64,000 bases of DNA from Geosiphon pyriformis uo1 (Eukaryota > Fungi > Glomeromycota). The DNA is taken from positions 293,322 to 357,321 of the forward strand of contig JAAOMT010000699.1 of the NCBI GenBank assembly GCA_016748015.1. Direction: 5' to 3'. A program made the position numbers and the translations under genes. Below the pieces are notes generated by a model. It was given only the letters and a program-made list of their open reading frames with translations, was not told the origin of the DNA and ran no database searches. Below are positions 51,530 to 64,000 of the stretch, piece by piece. Positions within the stretch are counted from its first letter, which is position 1, and each line of letters starts with the position of its first letter.

Positions 51530-54496
51530 TGCAAACTATTTAAATTTTTGAGGGGTTTTTTTTTTGAAATTTTTTAACGATAATGAAAAATTAGATCTTA
51601 ACTCTTTTTATACAATTATTTCAGTTGATCAGAGAGTTGGAGTTTACCGGATGTTGATCTTTCGATGATCACCACTATTGAGATGAAAAATATTCCTGGC
51701 ATTTTAAAGCGTTTAATTAGTATTTGCGCAGCTGATAAAAACAAATTCCTTTGTGTGTAAAAAATTATGATGTCAAGAAATATAGAGTAAGCAGCATATC
51801 ATTAAGGATCTCAAGGAAAATCAGTAAATTTTTCAAAGTCAATGATTTATGCTAAGAAAATTAGATTGAAATGATTCAAAACATCGGAAAATCTTTCAAA
51901 AGAGAAAATATATTATTCCAAACTTTTAATTTGCAACCTGTCATTCTTTTCATTCAAAAAATTTGAAATTACTGATTAATCTTTTTCTTAATTGCTTCCC
52001 CGAGATTATCTAATATTTTGATTATCGGTAAACATGATACATCTAAAGAGGGTCTTTGATACTCATGAATAAGGACAATTTAACAAGGTTTTAATCTTGG
52101 TACTTTATAGGAGAATAAGGGGTTTCAATTGCCAATCAATTTAATAATAAATAACGAAATAAGTTGCTATTATTGAGCAAAAATCCGGATTTCTGAGTCA
52201 ATTTCTAGGATTTCTTATACCCAAATATTTTTAAACTCATTATTCACACCATTTGAAGGTTTAGATCTTCGAAAAATCAATAATATGGAACACTATGTAA
52301 TATTAATCCCTATTATTTTAATTGCGAATCTCTCTCGTAATTAGTCATTAGTATTAGTACCTAATCAATAAAAAATTGCTATACTAGAAGTCACAACATA
52401 CAATAATGAGACTATAAAAGATACGTAAGCTTGCATATAAAAGAATTTGTAGTCTAATTTTTTTTTCTTACATTTACAGTATTAAACAAGAAAAAGTTTT
52501 GATTAGTTTTATTTTTTTACATAACATTCTAGAATGTTTCAGACCATATTAGAACCCTGAAAAAATCAAAATCCCAATTTGGTATAGAAAATATATAAAT
52601 GTGATGTAAATACATACGTATTGTGTTTCAGCCCGTTTCGGTCAATCCCAGAGTTTGTACATTTTCTGGGAATTTTTAAAGGTTAGAAGTTCTTGTGTTT
52701 CTCTATCGACAAATGATACAAAAAAAATTAACTTTGACAAAAAAGTTTATTAAAATATTAATCGAGTGATTGGGATTTAACTAAAGATTAGTGTGATTTT
52801 ACAAAATAAAATATATATATAACAACATTAATTGTTACCTTTAATTATTTGCGACTAACAAATCTATTAAGTGCTACTTGTTCTCTTATCAATAATATAA
52901 GTATTATTAATAAAAACTGTAGCATAAACTATCATGTTCATCATCTTTTTTGATCTTGTGAATCCTTCAGTATGTCATATCGTTTTCAAATTAATAAAGT
53001 TTAGAAATGGGATTTAAATTTTCTGAAAGTAATAGGCAATATTGCCAAAATTTTTGCATATATTTTAATAGTTGTTGAATAAGTGAAATATGAAATTTCT
53101 TTTTTAAAAGATTTGATCATAAAATAACGTAAATAATCTTTGTATTTTGAATATCTGAACTTATTTAGGTTATATTTGAAAAATAAGAATAAATTTTTTG
53201 GAAGGGATTGCTTATCTTATAAGAATATATATTCATTTCAACCTAGAAATTAGGTACTTTATATATTTTAATATTTTAATTTTATAATATATATCCAACG
53301 ATTCATGCTATTTAGCAAAATTTTTATAAATTGAAAAAAAAAGATACTAAGGTTTTACATGAAAAAAAAACTTTCCAAGAATAATCATAAATAAAAACAT
53401 GTAAAGTATCTATTTTTGCTAAATGATAATGCTGATATCTTTCCAGATTGTCTTTGAAAAAAAAAACTTTTAAATCTTTAAGTATTTTTTCAATTATCTA
53501 ATAGTGAATTTTAAAAAAAAAATAGATATTAATAAAAATTTTTCAAGATTTATTTTGTCCTTAAGAAATCTTTTTAGTGGGATTTTATTTTCACATAAAA
53601 TATTATTTGAAAACCTAAAAAATTCATTAGTATTTATCTTTCTATATTAGTTTAATAATAATCTAAAAAATTTCTATAGAATTAAGATCTTGATTATTTG
53701 ACAAGTTCAGACATATTAAATCAAAGATATCTCAAGTTACATAACTTGTATGTTTCTGAAAAACTTTGAAATAAAAAGAACCTATCATTATTATACCAAA
53801 AGTAAAAAAAAAACTGGTCTTATCATTCGCACAGAATTAGTATAGGACAAATAAGTTTTCCACCCTTTTACTATTTTTTCAATATAATCTGAAATAATTG
53901 AAAAGCAGTTTCATAAAAAATATTTTATAAACAGTATTTAAGATCGGAATAGTTGCAGGTAGATTTTTCTCGTACGAGTTTTCTATATACTTCAAAAAAG
54001 TCAATTTTTGAATGACTTATTTTAATAACTTTATTTAATAGTTTTAATTTCAATTATTTGTGAAGAAATCTTTGTCCAATTTCTATTAATGATCTGATTT
54101 AATCTTATTATCTCATCTATTTGCATTACTTGCTGTTCTCTTCAACTTTCTAACATTGTATTGAAAATTTGATAATGGGAACATTTGTTTATTTGTTTTC
54201 TTTGTTTGTGAAATTTTTTGAAACTGTGTATGTCATCACTTGACAAATTCAAAAGCATTTGAAGGTGAAGTTTTATTATTACTAATAGATATTTTTGATA
54301 TTGTTTGCAAAGCGAAAGGAAGACAGAACAAGGAAAAAAAAATTATCACATGAAAATTTACTTAATAATTTTCGTTAGATTACTTAGTTGCTAATTGGGA
54401 AGTTTCAAAAGTTTTTCTTAACATACTATTAGAACTTTTAAATTATTAAATTATAATATCTTAGAAATTATAAATTTTTAAGTGCAAAAATTTATA

Positions 54497-56072
54497 TTAA
54501 AAATGATATAATCGATTAATAGCTTTATTGTATTTTTTCAATACATCTTCAGGACTTTTAAACCCTTCAAATGATTTGCAATTACCCATTTCAATTTCAC
54601 AGTAAGGTCCATAATGAAAAAATTGATTTGGAACTTCGTCTATTCGTTGACCTGCGTTACATTCCTAAATAGATAGCACAAATTTTTCAGTTTTCTGGTG
54701 TAAAATATCTGATTACCGGACAAGTGTGTACTGACCTTATTCTCATCAGGATATTTTCCAGTAACCCAGTCTCGTATTGTTCTAAGCTTAGAGTGATTAC
54801 AATCCCAATATGTGTTTTGATCCTCAGGACAATCACATGTGTTTGATGGTTCAATCCATATTTCAATACCAAAATGTTTCCATCCCATTGAGGCCATTGG
54901 AAAGTGTGGAACATGATCGTTTCCATGAGTGATGCGGTAATGATAGATTAATTTATTCAGCGTTAAGCTAAATTCTTTATTCGCAACTCTCGGAGCTCCA
55001 AAAGTAACTATGCGCTGACTAAATGTGAGGAAATTGATTTCAGGCCAAATACTCTTTTTTATGATTATATGTTTTTCAATTAACCACTGTAAAGCAGCAA
55101 TTGAAGCGTATGCTATTATATTGAAAACACAATTTATATTATTTAAAAGTTAAAATAGAATCGAAATTTTCTTTTTGATTAATAAAAATATAGAAATATT
55201 TAGATGACAAACCTCCACCAAGACCATGCCCAGAAAACACAATTTCATCAATTCTTAGTTTTGAAGGGTGATTCAAGAGGTCTCGAATTATTATTTTTAA
55301 CTGAGGGAATATCAGGTTTACTTCTTCTAATAATTGTGAGTCAACACGTTCGTTCGCTCCAAATAAATACCGTATATTTTTAAATTCTGGCTTGACTAAT
55401 GTTGGATTTCTGGAACTCCATTCTTGCTTTGTTAATTTCTTTTGTGTAAAAGAGAAATTACTCATGTTATTTCAAATGATTATATTTTCTTTTTTGGTAA
55501 ATACAAAACAGTATAACAAAGATGAAAGTTAAATATAATTACTGGTCCGACGAATATTATTACTAACGCAAACTTGTTTCCGGGGAGGTCGCCCATTTGG
55601 TAGAGATGCGTATGCACTAAAATAATTCCTTTTTAGAAAATAGTCTTAACATTAATATATTTGACTGTATAATAAAAATACCTTTTATCTGCGAATTAGG
55701 CACCTTTAAACGAATTTTATTTAAGCTGAAGCAATCAACAAGATTTATCATGTACATAATATGCTGGAGCATTGGATAAATTTCAGTTTTAAGTGCGTAC
55801 GGCACTTTATTTTGTGATTGTGAACGTCTTATAATTTGATTTTTTAGCGGAGCCTTAGTAAGATTCATCCACTTTGTTATAGTGAGAGAAGTTTGGTTTA
55901 TATCTAATTTTTGGACAAATTGAATATTCTCGTTTCCTTTTACAATTGTCAAAATTTTTTGGTTTCCGTGCATCCAAAAATAAAATATCAATAGTATCAA
56001 AGTTGATATTATAATTTTAGATGTGTTTTGAAGATCCGATTTAGTTGCATTTCGATTTAAAAGAAAATTCAT
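54497..56072 (-). CDS. Signal-anchored class 3 lipase-fold protein, predicted catalytically inactive, ~411 aa, 5 exons
   Basis: Exons 56072-55682, 55616-55543, 55438-55213, 55112-54736, 54664-54497 join in frame. N-terminal TM IIISTLILLIFYFW. Motifs: IVFSGHGLGGAYA, VTFGAPRVAN, YRITHGNDHVPHFP, WKHFGIEIWI..CDC, ECN...HYGPY..MGNC. Confidence 0.9.
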
Positions 56073-57111
56073 TCTAACTAATTTTTAAAAGGATGAAAAC
56101 CCTCCAGGAGATAGAATATAACGAAACCCAAGACCGTTCAACTGTTTATTCTCTTTAAATTTTTATGGAACAAAATCCGATGTATTATAGAGAATTTACT
56201 TAGGTTTCATTAATTTGAAACACAATAATTTGAAAATTTTTGATCTAGATTCCCAACTCAAATTAAAACAAATAAGCTCAGCCGTTTGAATTCATCTATT
56301 TATTATATTGATTCCTGGATTACCTAGACTTTAATCTTACATAATGGGACTATATATTTTTTGTTTATTTCTTGAAATCGTACTTCATCTCGAATTTTTG
56401 AATTGAAATTAAAATTTATTTGGTTTATTTTATTGAAAAAATGATTGTAAGAACATCCTTTATTTTTTTCAAAGTCCAAATGTGTAAATTTCAGACTTTC
56501 CAAATTATTACTTCGTTATTAAATTAGTTAAATCTCACCAATTTGAAATATATATCTAAAGACTTAATTCGAGGTTTTCCATCTTTGAAAAGAATATATT
56601 TAAAACAGGCCCTTAACAGAAGAAACTGAAAATTATTATTTCTTTATAAAAAAATAACCCGTAAAATTTTTCACATCAAAATTACAACGAGTGAAACTTA
56701 TTTGCTACATTTCACATTTTTCAAACCAGAAATGTGTTCAAGGTTTTCTTTTAGTTTTTTTAAAGTTCAAACAATCGAGTAGAAAAGAAAACTTTAAATT
56801 AACTAGTTTACTAATTTTTGAGACAAATATGATAAAGACAATTCATAATATTATTTTTAAAAATTAAGGCCTTTAAAAAGAATATGTATACCACACACTA
56901 ATGAAGCAATTTTTTTATGAAATGAAAACATTTAGATCGTCATATAGGCTTTAAATAATTCTTGTATTATTAAGAGGTTTCTCAATATTTATTGTAGATA
57001 ATATAAAATTTTTAACAATTAAAAAACCATTTCGACATTTTCTCTAAATTTCTTAATATACTTTATAATTTAATTTTTATGAGAAAAAAACAGACTTTTA
57101 AAATTAAAATA

Positions 57112-57469
57112 CTGTATATGATGGAAAATAAGAAACCTATTTTTATGATCATCTAAAACGAAAAATTTCTTATTTTCGAATCTTTCAGTTTTTAATACAA
57201 ATTATCAACAGAAAAAAAATTTTTTATCTACTTTTTCTATTTTTTTCGTATATTATTTTAGATACATTTTAAATATAGAATCAGATATTGAAGATAATGA
57301 AGAAAATAGTATATTAAAAGAAAATGAAGATATTATTTTTAGTATTAATAAATAATAAATATAAATGTTAAAAAATTCTTTATTTTTTAAACTTATTATT
57401 ATTTTATAAATTTTTCTAAAACTAAAAGTTTCTTATTTTTGAGGGTTTCCTATTTTCCATTTATATACG
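57112..57469. mobile_element. Putative TA-flanked Tc1/mariner-type MITE
   Basis: Imperfect TIRs CTGTATATGATGGAAAATAAGAAACC and (reverse complement) CGTATATAAATGGAAAATAGGAAACC. TA on both sides; repeated subterminal AAAATAAGAAA motif. Confidence 0.5.
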
Positions 57470-58231
57470 TATGTTTTTTGTTTTTTTTTCAATTTAAACA
57501 GCTATAAATTGAACACAAGTTAGTATAAAAAATGGTTTTTTTTGTTTAAAAGTCTTAATTTGTAGATAAACAAATTTTGTTAAATTTAGCATAAATCACG
57601 TGAAAAATGAAATATTAAATGTTAACCTATATTATTAAATAGTTTTTGATTATATATATATTGGAAATATTTTTATTCGTATTGAAATTTTCTGTTATTA
57701 ATGCTTTACATATCAAGATTTTTTATATTTCTATTAACTTTAATTATAATTAATTATTATTATAAAAAATTAGACATTTGTAAAATTTTTACCAAATATT
57801 TGAAATTTAAACTTGTTAAAAATTTTATTTATTATAAAAAAGGTGTTTAAAATAATACAATAATCATTTGTAATATATTTCAAACAAAAAAATACCTTTT
57901 TTTTTAAAATACTGTATTTTATTTGGTGATGAAATTTTTTAAAATAAGTACCAATAAATATTTGTGTGTTATAATATGTTGACTTAATTTTTTAAATTGT
58001 TCATGAAATTTTTAAATTAAAATATTAAACATGAAAAACCTAAAGCATATAAGAATTAATATTTTATATTCTTGTGCAATTATTAACAAAATAAACTATA
58101 AATCATAGAAAATTTAATATACTAATAAATTTGTTGCTGAATTTTCAAAAAAATATAATAGAAAATATCAATACAAAGCTAATGTGATTAATTTTATTAT
58201 AATATAGTTATTAACTAGAATATCCAATTTA

Positions 58232-58500
58232 CAGTGATACCTTCATAAATGCACTCTCTATCAATCCATGCACATGACGAATGTATAATAATGACCAATT
58301 AGAAGTTTCTGATTGTTTGTTAGGTAATAATAATATATTATTAGATTTAGTTTAAATTGTTTTGATTATTAAAAAGTGTACAGTTAACATTTACTGTGAA
58401 ACAATATCTATTTTATTATTGGCTATTCTTTAAATGCTACTTTCTTTAAGTACATGAATGTAGTTGGGCCCAATGACGTGCACTTATAGAGGTACTACTG
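58232..58500. mobile_element. pogo/Tigger-like MITE (269 bp)
   Basis: TIRs CAGTGATACCTTCATAAATGCAC and (reverse complement) CAGTAGTACCTCTATAAGTGCAC. TA TSD at 58230-58231 and 58501-58502. CAGT termini are typical of pogo-family elements. Confidence 0.7.
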
Positions 58501-60876
58501 TAATTATGTTTTTTAACAAAAGTCAAATTGAAAATATATTTCATTTGGCATATTTAATTTGATAAAATTAAGAATAAAATGTCAAAAAATAAATTCATGT
58601 TTAGCTTAAAAAAAAATTTTACATTTTTTTTTGGATATAATTAAGAACTCATTTAAAATTTGTTTTTTTACAAAAAAAAATAACCAAAATAAAATTAATC
58701 TTGTCAACATTAAGAAATAGTTGGAGATAAAAAATTGTGAATTAGCATAAAAAATTATATAATGTTTTTTAAGTATTGTAAAACAACAAAAATTCAAATT
58801 GTATTTTAGAAAATTTGAATCGATAATTAATTTTTTGTCCATGCTTATACTTAAAAATTTTCACAAACTTTAAATAATATCAAAAAACTTAAATAAACTC
58901 TTATGTAATTTAGTATTCTCTAATATTATTGCTAATTTTACCTGCTTTTCAAAAAGTTGTAATAAAGTTTTTAATGGGCAACAAAATTATATACAATTTA
59001 ATAATTTAAAATTGAGCAAAGTTGTTGTCTACATGTTGAATAATTTATATACTACTTAATTATTTAAAATTTTACAATTCTATATTTTTATCGATTTATT
59101 ATTAAAATATTTGAAACTAAATTCCGATAATCTATTATATTCTTATAAGATATAATAGTGTTGTAAGTCGTAGTAATGATAATATCACTAAAAAATTATA
59201 GAATAATTTAGGCAAATAAAAGAAATCTCAGCAACTGCTATGAAAAAATTGGTTAAAAATAAAATAAAAATTTATTTTAGTGAAACTCAAAAATAATAGT
59301 AAAAATAATATTTTTTACAGCATTATATCAATTTGTGAATATCATAAATAATTATGACATTAAATTCTTTCTTTAATATATATATATATATTTAATTAAA
59401 TTTCAATAATTTGATAAATTAAGTTTCATGCTTTATTTATTGTTATTTATTATTAGCAAATTCATATTTTTTTTATGATAGAGTTTTATAATCATTCCTT
59501 TTTGGAAAAATAAATAAATAGAAAAAAGGTTCAAATTTTATTGTGAAAAAATGTTATATTTATTTTTGTTGCAATTATGTTACAAATAAACACTTTCAAA
59601 AGTATAAATCAATTCAAAACAAATAAAATAAAATAAAAAGAGAAAACAGTTTAATTTTGTAGAAATAAGAATCAAGTTTTTCAAATTGATATTCAAAAAA
59701 CAAACAATTTTAGTATTTAAAACTTTATAAATACGATGATTATTATTTTGAATATTAGTGATACAAAAATTGGTCCGTAAGAGTTAGCAGAAAACTTTGT
59801 TAATTAATAAAATAATATTAAACAGTTATTTAATTTAAAGTGTTCAATAAAATTTTTATGAAATTTCATTTTGAAAATTCTTATTTAATTATTTTGCACT
59901 TTAACATATAATGAACTGGCAGCTAACCATTCATATCATATTATTTAAAGAATATAAAGAAAAAATGATCAAGAAATTTTTAATAATGATAACCTTCAAA
60001 AAATGAGTAATACTTTGTAATCCCAGAAAATTCATTAATAGAAATTGATTCATATTTTTCAAGAAAAAAAATTTATTTACAACTGCAAAGATTTTGGTTT
60101 GACAATTAAAAATCAAAAAATTTAAAATCAATTGAGAAAATAATTTTAAATGATAAATCTGTGCAAAAGCAAGCTACATATATGTAAAAATTTGTTTTTT
60201 GAACCACATTTTTATTAAAATTTGGAGCAGAACTTGATTTGTGGGTTAATTACTTTAAGTTCTTAATTGGTTAATAAAATGTATTTATTTGTCACCAATA
60301 CTTTTAAATTGTCGCATACAGAGTAGGGCCTTTTAATTGGGAAATAAAAAATATGTAGATCTCAAATTTTTTGACGTGTATTGATGGACAAATTTTATCC
60401 TTTTTACATAAAAATTCTTTTATTTTGGTTAATAAAATAAAAAATTTTCGCAAATATTTTTGTATAAGAATAAAATTATATCCAATAAAAACAATCAAAA
60501 ATGCGTAAATGTTACTAAGAGAAAAAAAACATGGAATGTACACTATAATCACTTAAGTTATATATTAATTTACCAAAACTGAAATGGTGATACAGACCTA
60601 GGTGAAAGTTCTAGGACTTTCACAATGATTAGAAATTCATGCAGTGAATTATGTGACAAAAAGTATGGTTTTTTTACCATTAGCAAGTAGCAAATGGTAA
60701 CAATTATAAAATATTGAAATAGAATATTCGAAAAATTTTTTAAAAATTTGTTTCATTAAATTATAATTCAAACCAATTTTTCAAAGTTTTGTATAGCAAA
60801 GACGTAAAAATATGCTTCATTGAAATATTATTTGAATATCAAGAATTTTTTTTAAATTTTACACCAAAATTTAGCA

Positions 60877-61742
60877 TTGATTCTTTCCGCTAAGCATAAA
60901 TTGAAAGCTCAAATTTTATTCCGTAGTTGGAGATTAGATGCAAATTTTAGGAAAGAAAATCGACCTACCATGTTTTATCGAAATGCAACGGGGGTAATGG
61001 TAGATCAAAAAATTTATACAGAATTTTTAGCGGGTTGGAAATTATTATCATTGAAACTTCACTGGGCTCGGATGAATCGGGCTGTTGCTATTCGGTGGCA
61101 TTATTGTTTGATTGGGCATAGCGTCGGGGAAGTTGTCATTTAGATTTCTGAAATTTGATACCAGATTTAATACTAAATAACCTTATGTCATTATTTTGGT
61201 TTTTGATTACTATATTTGCAATATTCACAGCTCTTGGGATACTTTACAACGATAAGCTTTCTCCTGGTCACATATCCGATATTAAAATCTTTACCTATGG
61301 TTTACCTAGAATTGGAAATCAACAATTTTCCAACCATATCAATACTCTCCTTAAAGACTCAGTATTTCGAGTGACCAATTATCATGATTTGATTCCACGA
61401 TTGCCCCAACCGACTCGTCAGATAAAATGGACGCATCATGCATGAGATTACTGGATCGCAAAGGTGGATTGCGATTGTCAAGGTTTGAGTGCTAATAAAT
61501 GAAACAAAATTATATGAGTGTTACCAGGGAAGATTTATATGAATCTAAAGTATGTCATTTAAATTCTATAAATAAGATATAAATTGATAATTTAAGCTAA
61601 CTCATAAATATTTTTGAATAGTTTTGCAATAACGAAAAAAAGATAAAAAAAGCCAAAAATTGATCCTCTTTAATCACACGAGGGTCCTTATTTTGGACAC
61701 CTTATGGCTGCATGTCCTCCTTTGCCTTTGGTGCCAAAATAA
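60877..61742 (+). pseudogene. Class 3 lipase pseudogene
   Basis: Motifs: GVMVDQKIYTEF, IGHSVG, IFTYGLPRIGN, FRVTNYHDLIPRLP, WTHHA*DYWI..DCDC, then a frameshift, and a last exon ...SHEGPYFGHLMAACPP. In-frame TGA at 61443-61445 and a damaged splice donor after GHSVG. The 5' exon is not recognisable. Confidence 0.8.
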
Positions 61743-64000
61743 TTGTAAAAATTCAACAAAAATCTTTCATTTTTAGTAGTTTCCAATAAATTTTTTTTAA
61801 TAACAAGTTATATGGAGGAACCTTATTTTTCTTTCCACATTGACCAATCAGTTATTGTTTGCATAATACATATAATTATAATATATATTCCATTGGAGTT
61901 TTCAAAATTGATCACATTATTAATTTATAAATAGATAAATAAAATTTATGGCGTATATTTATAATTTTTTAAATTACTGATATAAGATTATAATTTATTC
62001 GACAAAGAATTATGAAAGGTCTCATTTACTAAACTAATTAAGATATAAAATTATAATGGCTTTTAAATACTTGCTGCGAGGTTCAATTTCTTACCCTCTC
62101 AACCAAAAAGTTAAAGCATTAAATAGACTAGTCATTATCTTTTAATACGAGACGAAATTCTGCCTTTGTTAATTAATATTATATCGAAATATATTGAGAA
62201 AGGCATAAGATAGCTTCATGAAAAACTTTCTTTTAAACAGACTAACTAAAAAAAAAATATTTTCTATTTTTTAATAATCCTTTTCATGCACTTTTTACAT
62301 AGGATTAGCTATTCAATTAAAAATAAACTTTTAAGAACTGTATTGATTTTTTATTTTAAACTTATTATTTATAGTTATAATTAAAGTACATACAATTCTT
62401 TGATTTAGAAATATCTAATTTTTAATTAAATATGTAATCATAATAAGTTTGAAATTTCACCATTTTAAAAATATTTTAACAATTTTTAAAAAAATCGATA
62501 TCAAAACAAATAATTTTTTTTAATAATAATTTCTAAATAAAATTTATTATCATGAAAAAGAATAATTTAATGCTAACATTAAGTGAAATAAAAAATATGG
62601 GAAAATTATTAATTGCCCAAATTTTTGTTATTTATTAAATTAAATTTAAAAAATTATTTATTCTTTGATTAATAAAACATTTTATTCAATATTTTATGTT
62701 TAACCCAAAATTTTATTTAATTTTGTTACTAATAACTATTTTTTAAATTAAAAAAATCTTGTATATATTGAATAATCAAATTTTGGCCAAAAACATTAGG
62801 CAAAAAGATTTTTCAATTAACTTATTTAACATATTCATATCAAATTTTTTGTTAATACTTAGAGAATTTAAAGTTTTTTCGATAATTCATTTGTCATTAC
62901 AAATCCAAAAATATTTTACCTAAAGTTATTTTAAATTATTTATTTGTATGAAAAGTTTAATTTGTCCATGAATAAGGACACGATCGAATATCTAATAAAT
63001 GGATTATAAAATAGTTTATAAATAAGACTATTATTATTACTATGTGTTTCGAGTGATCCTCTGCCTGTCTGTGTGGGTAGTTGTTTTGCATTGCAAAATG
63101 TTATAACATCGATATTTTGTTCAGATGACGCCAAGAAATGAATTAGTAATGCTATTAATTATTTATATCTAATCATATTGAAGGAAGCTTCTTATTATAA
63201 AATCGGGCTTAAAATCTAAAAAAGTTATTTGTAAACATTTGTATTTCATCATATTTTGACTGTTAGGGAAATATTTTTCTGTCAAAGTTATTATTTTAGG
63301 AAATGCTGAATGAATGTTAATGTATTTGAAAGACGAATGGAAAAACAGTGATTCCTTTTTGCAAAAAAATTTTGCGTCATTTTTCTGGCCATCAATAAAT
63401 TTTACGATGCTTGAGGAGATTTGTGTGACACAAACAAAGGACACGACACACTTTGGTGGAATATGTTTGTAATTGTCAGCATTACCCAACAAATTTTTGA
63501 TAAAGCCGGTTTCTAAATAAATTTTGATATCAAATTTTTACGTCGTTTTATGACTTCTGAGAAAGATTGATTAGAAAAATGAATAGAGTAGCAAGTCTCA
63601 AGCGGGAACTTTTTGATAAAGTGAAAAGAGAAAAAAATAAATTTCAAAAAAATTGTTCTAAACGAAATATCGAGGAATTAATCGTATTCCTTGCGTTTAT
63701 CACTGTGGTTCTTTTAATGTTGTTGAAAATAAAACAACCAAAGTATGTGAGATCGCTTGTAATCAAAAGCAGAGAATATTTTAGGAGGGAATGTCTACTG
63801 ATATATTTTTAACATGGTTTCAAAGCCAAAGGTTAATAAACGACAGCAACATGAAAACCCTTAATCATATAAAAGAAATGAGTATTTTTCCTCAAAATAA
63901 ATACTTTCCGGGGATACAAATTGGAAACTTTTCGAACAAGAGGAGCAAAAGCGTAGATCACAGAGATGGAGTTGAAAATCAACGTCATTCAGGATCTCTT

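Noticed and set aside
62030-62105. tRNA-like 3' end (GAGGTTCAATTTC...AACCA)
   Set aside because: No acceptor, D or anticodon stems can be built; at most an eroded relic.

Overview
AT-rich, intron-containing eukaryotic (fungal) genomic DNA, not prokaryotic. The gene mix points to Glomeromycota, possibly Geosiphon/Archaeosporales (inference): intronless MATA-type HMG-box genes, an F-box/LRR gene, a Git3/cAMP-receptor-like GPCR, a LaeA-like SAM methyltransferase and a cluster of divergent class 3 lipase-fold genes. Intact genes, spliced by hand where needed: a TspO/DUF1774-like membrane protein (3714-4678 +), an 8-exon GPCR (7537-9005 +), an F-box/LRR protein (9687-11243 -), a 6-exon methyltransferase (28452-29809 -), two tandem HMG-box genes (41181-41762 and 45084-45803 +) and two lipase_3-like genes (50153-51529 and 54497-56072 -). 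Decayed copies: a GPCR pseudogene with the same 8-exon structure (~12.8-14.5 kb -), a lipase_3 pseudogene (~60.9-61.7 kb +), an internally deleted Mutator (MULE) element with a nested inverted copy of its own MITE (681-2306), a Tc1 DD34E transposase relic (~35.1-35.8 kb) and two TA-flanked MITEs. Many microsatellites and one 20-N gap. Most interesting observations: (1) both intact lipase-fold genes lack the catalytic serine (GHGLGG) while the only Ser-bearing copy is a pseudogene, suggesting maintained secreted or surface pseudo-lipases; (2) the MULE self-insertion builds a perfect 75-bp inverted repeat at the transposase stop, resembling Mu-killer-type hairpins; (3) transposon decay is strongly biased to C>T/G>A. 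All family calls come from motif recognition by eye; no searches were run.
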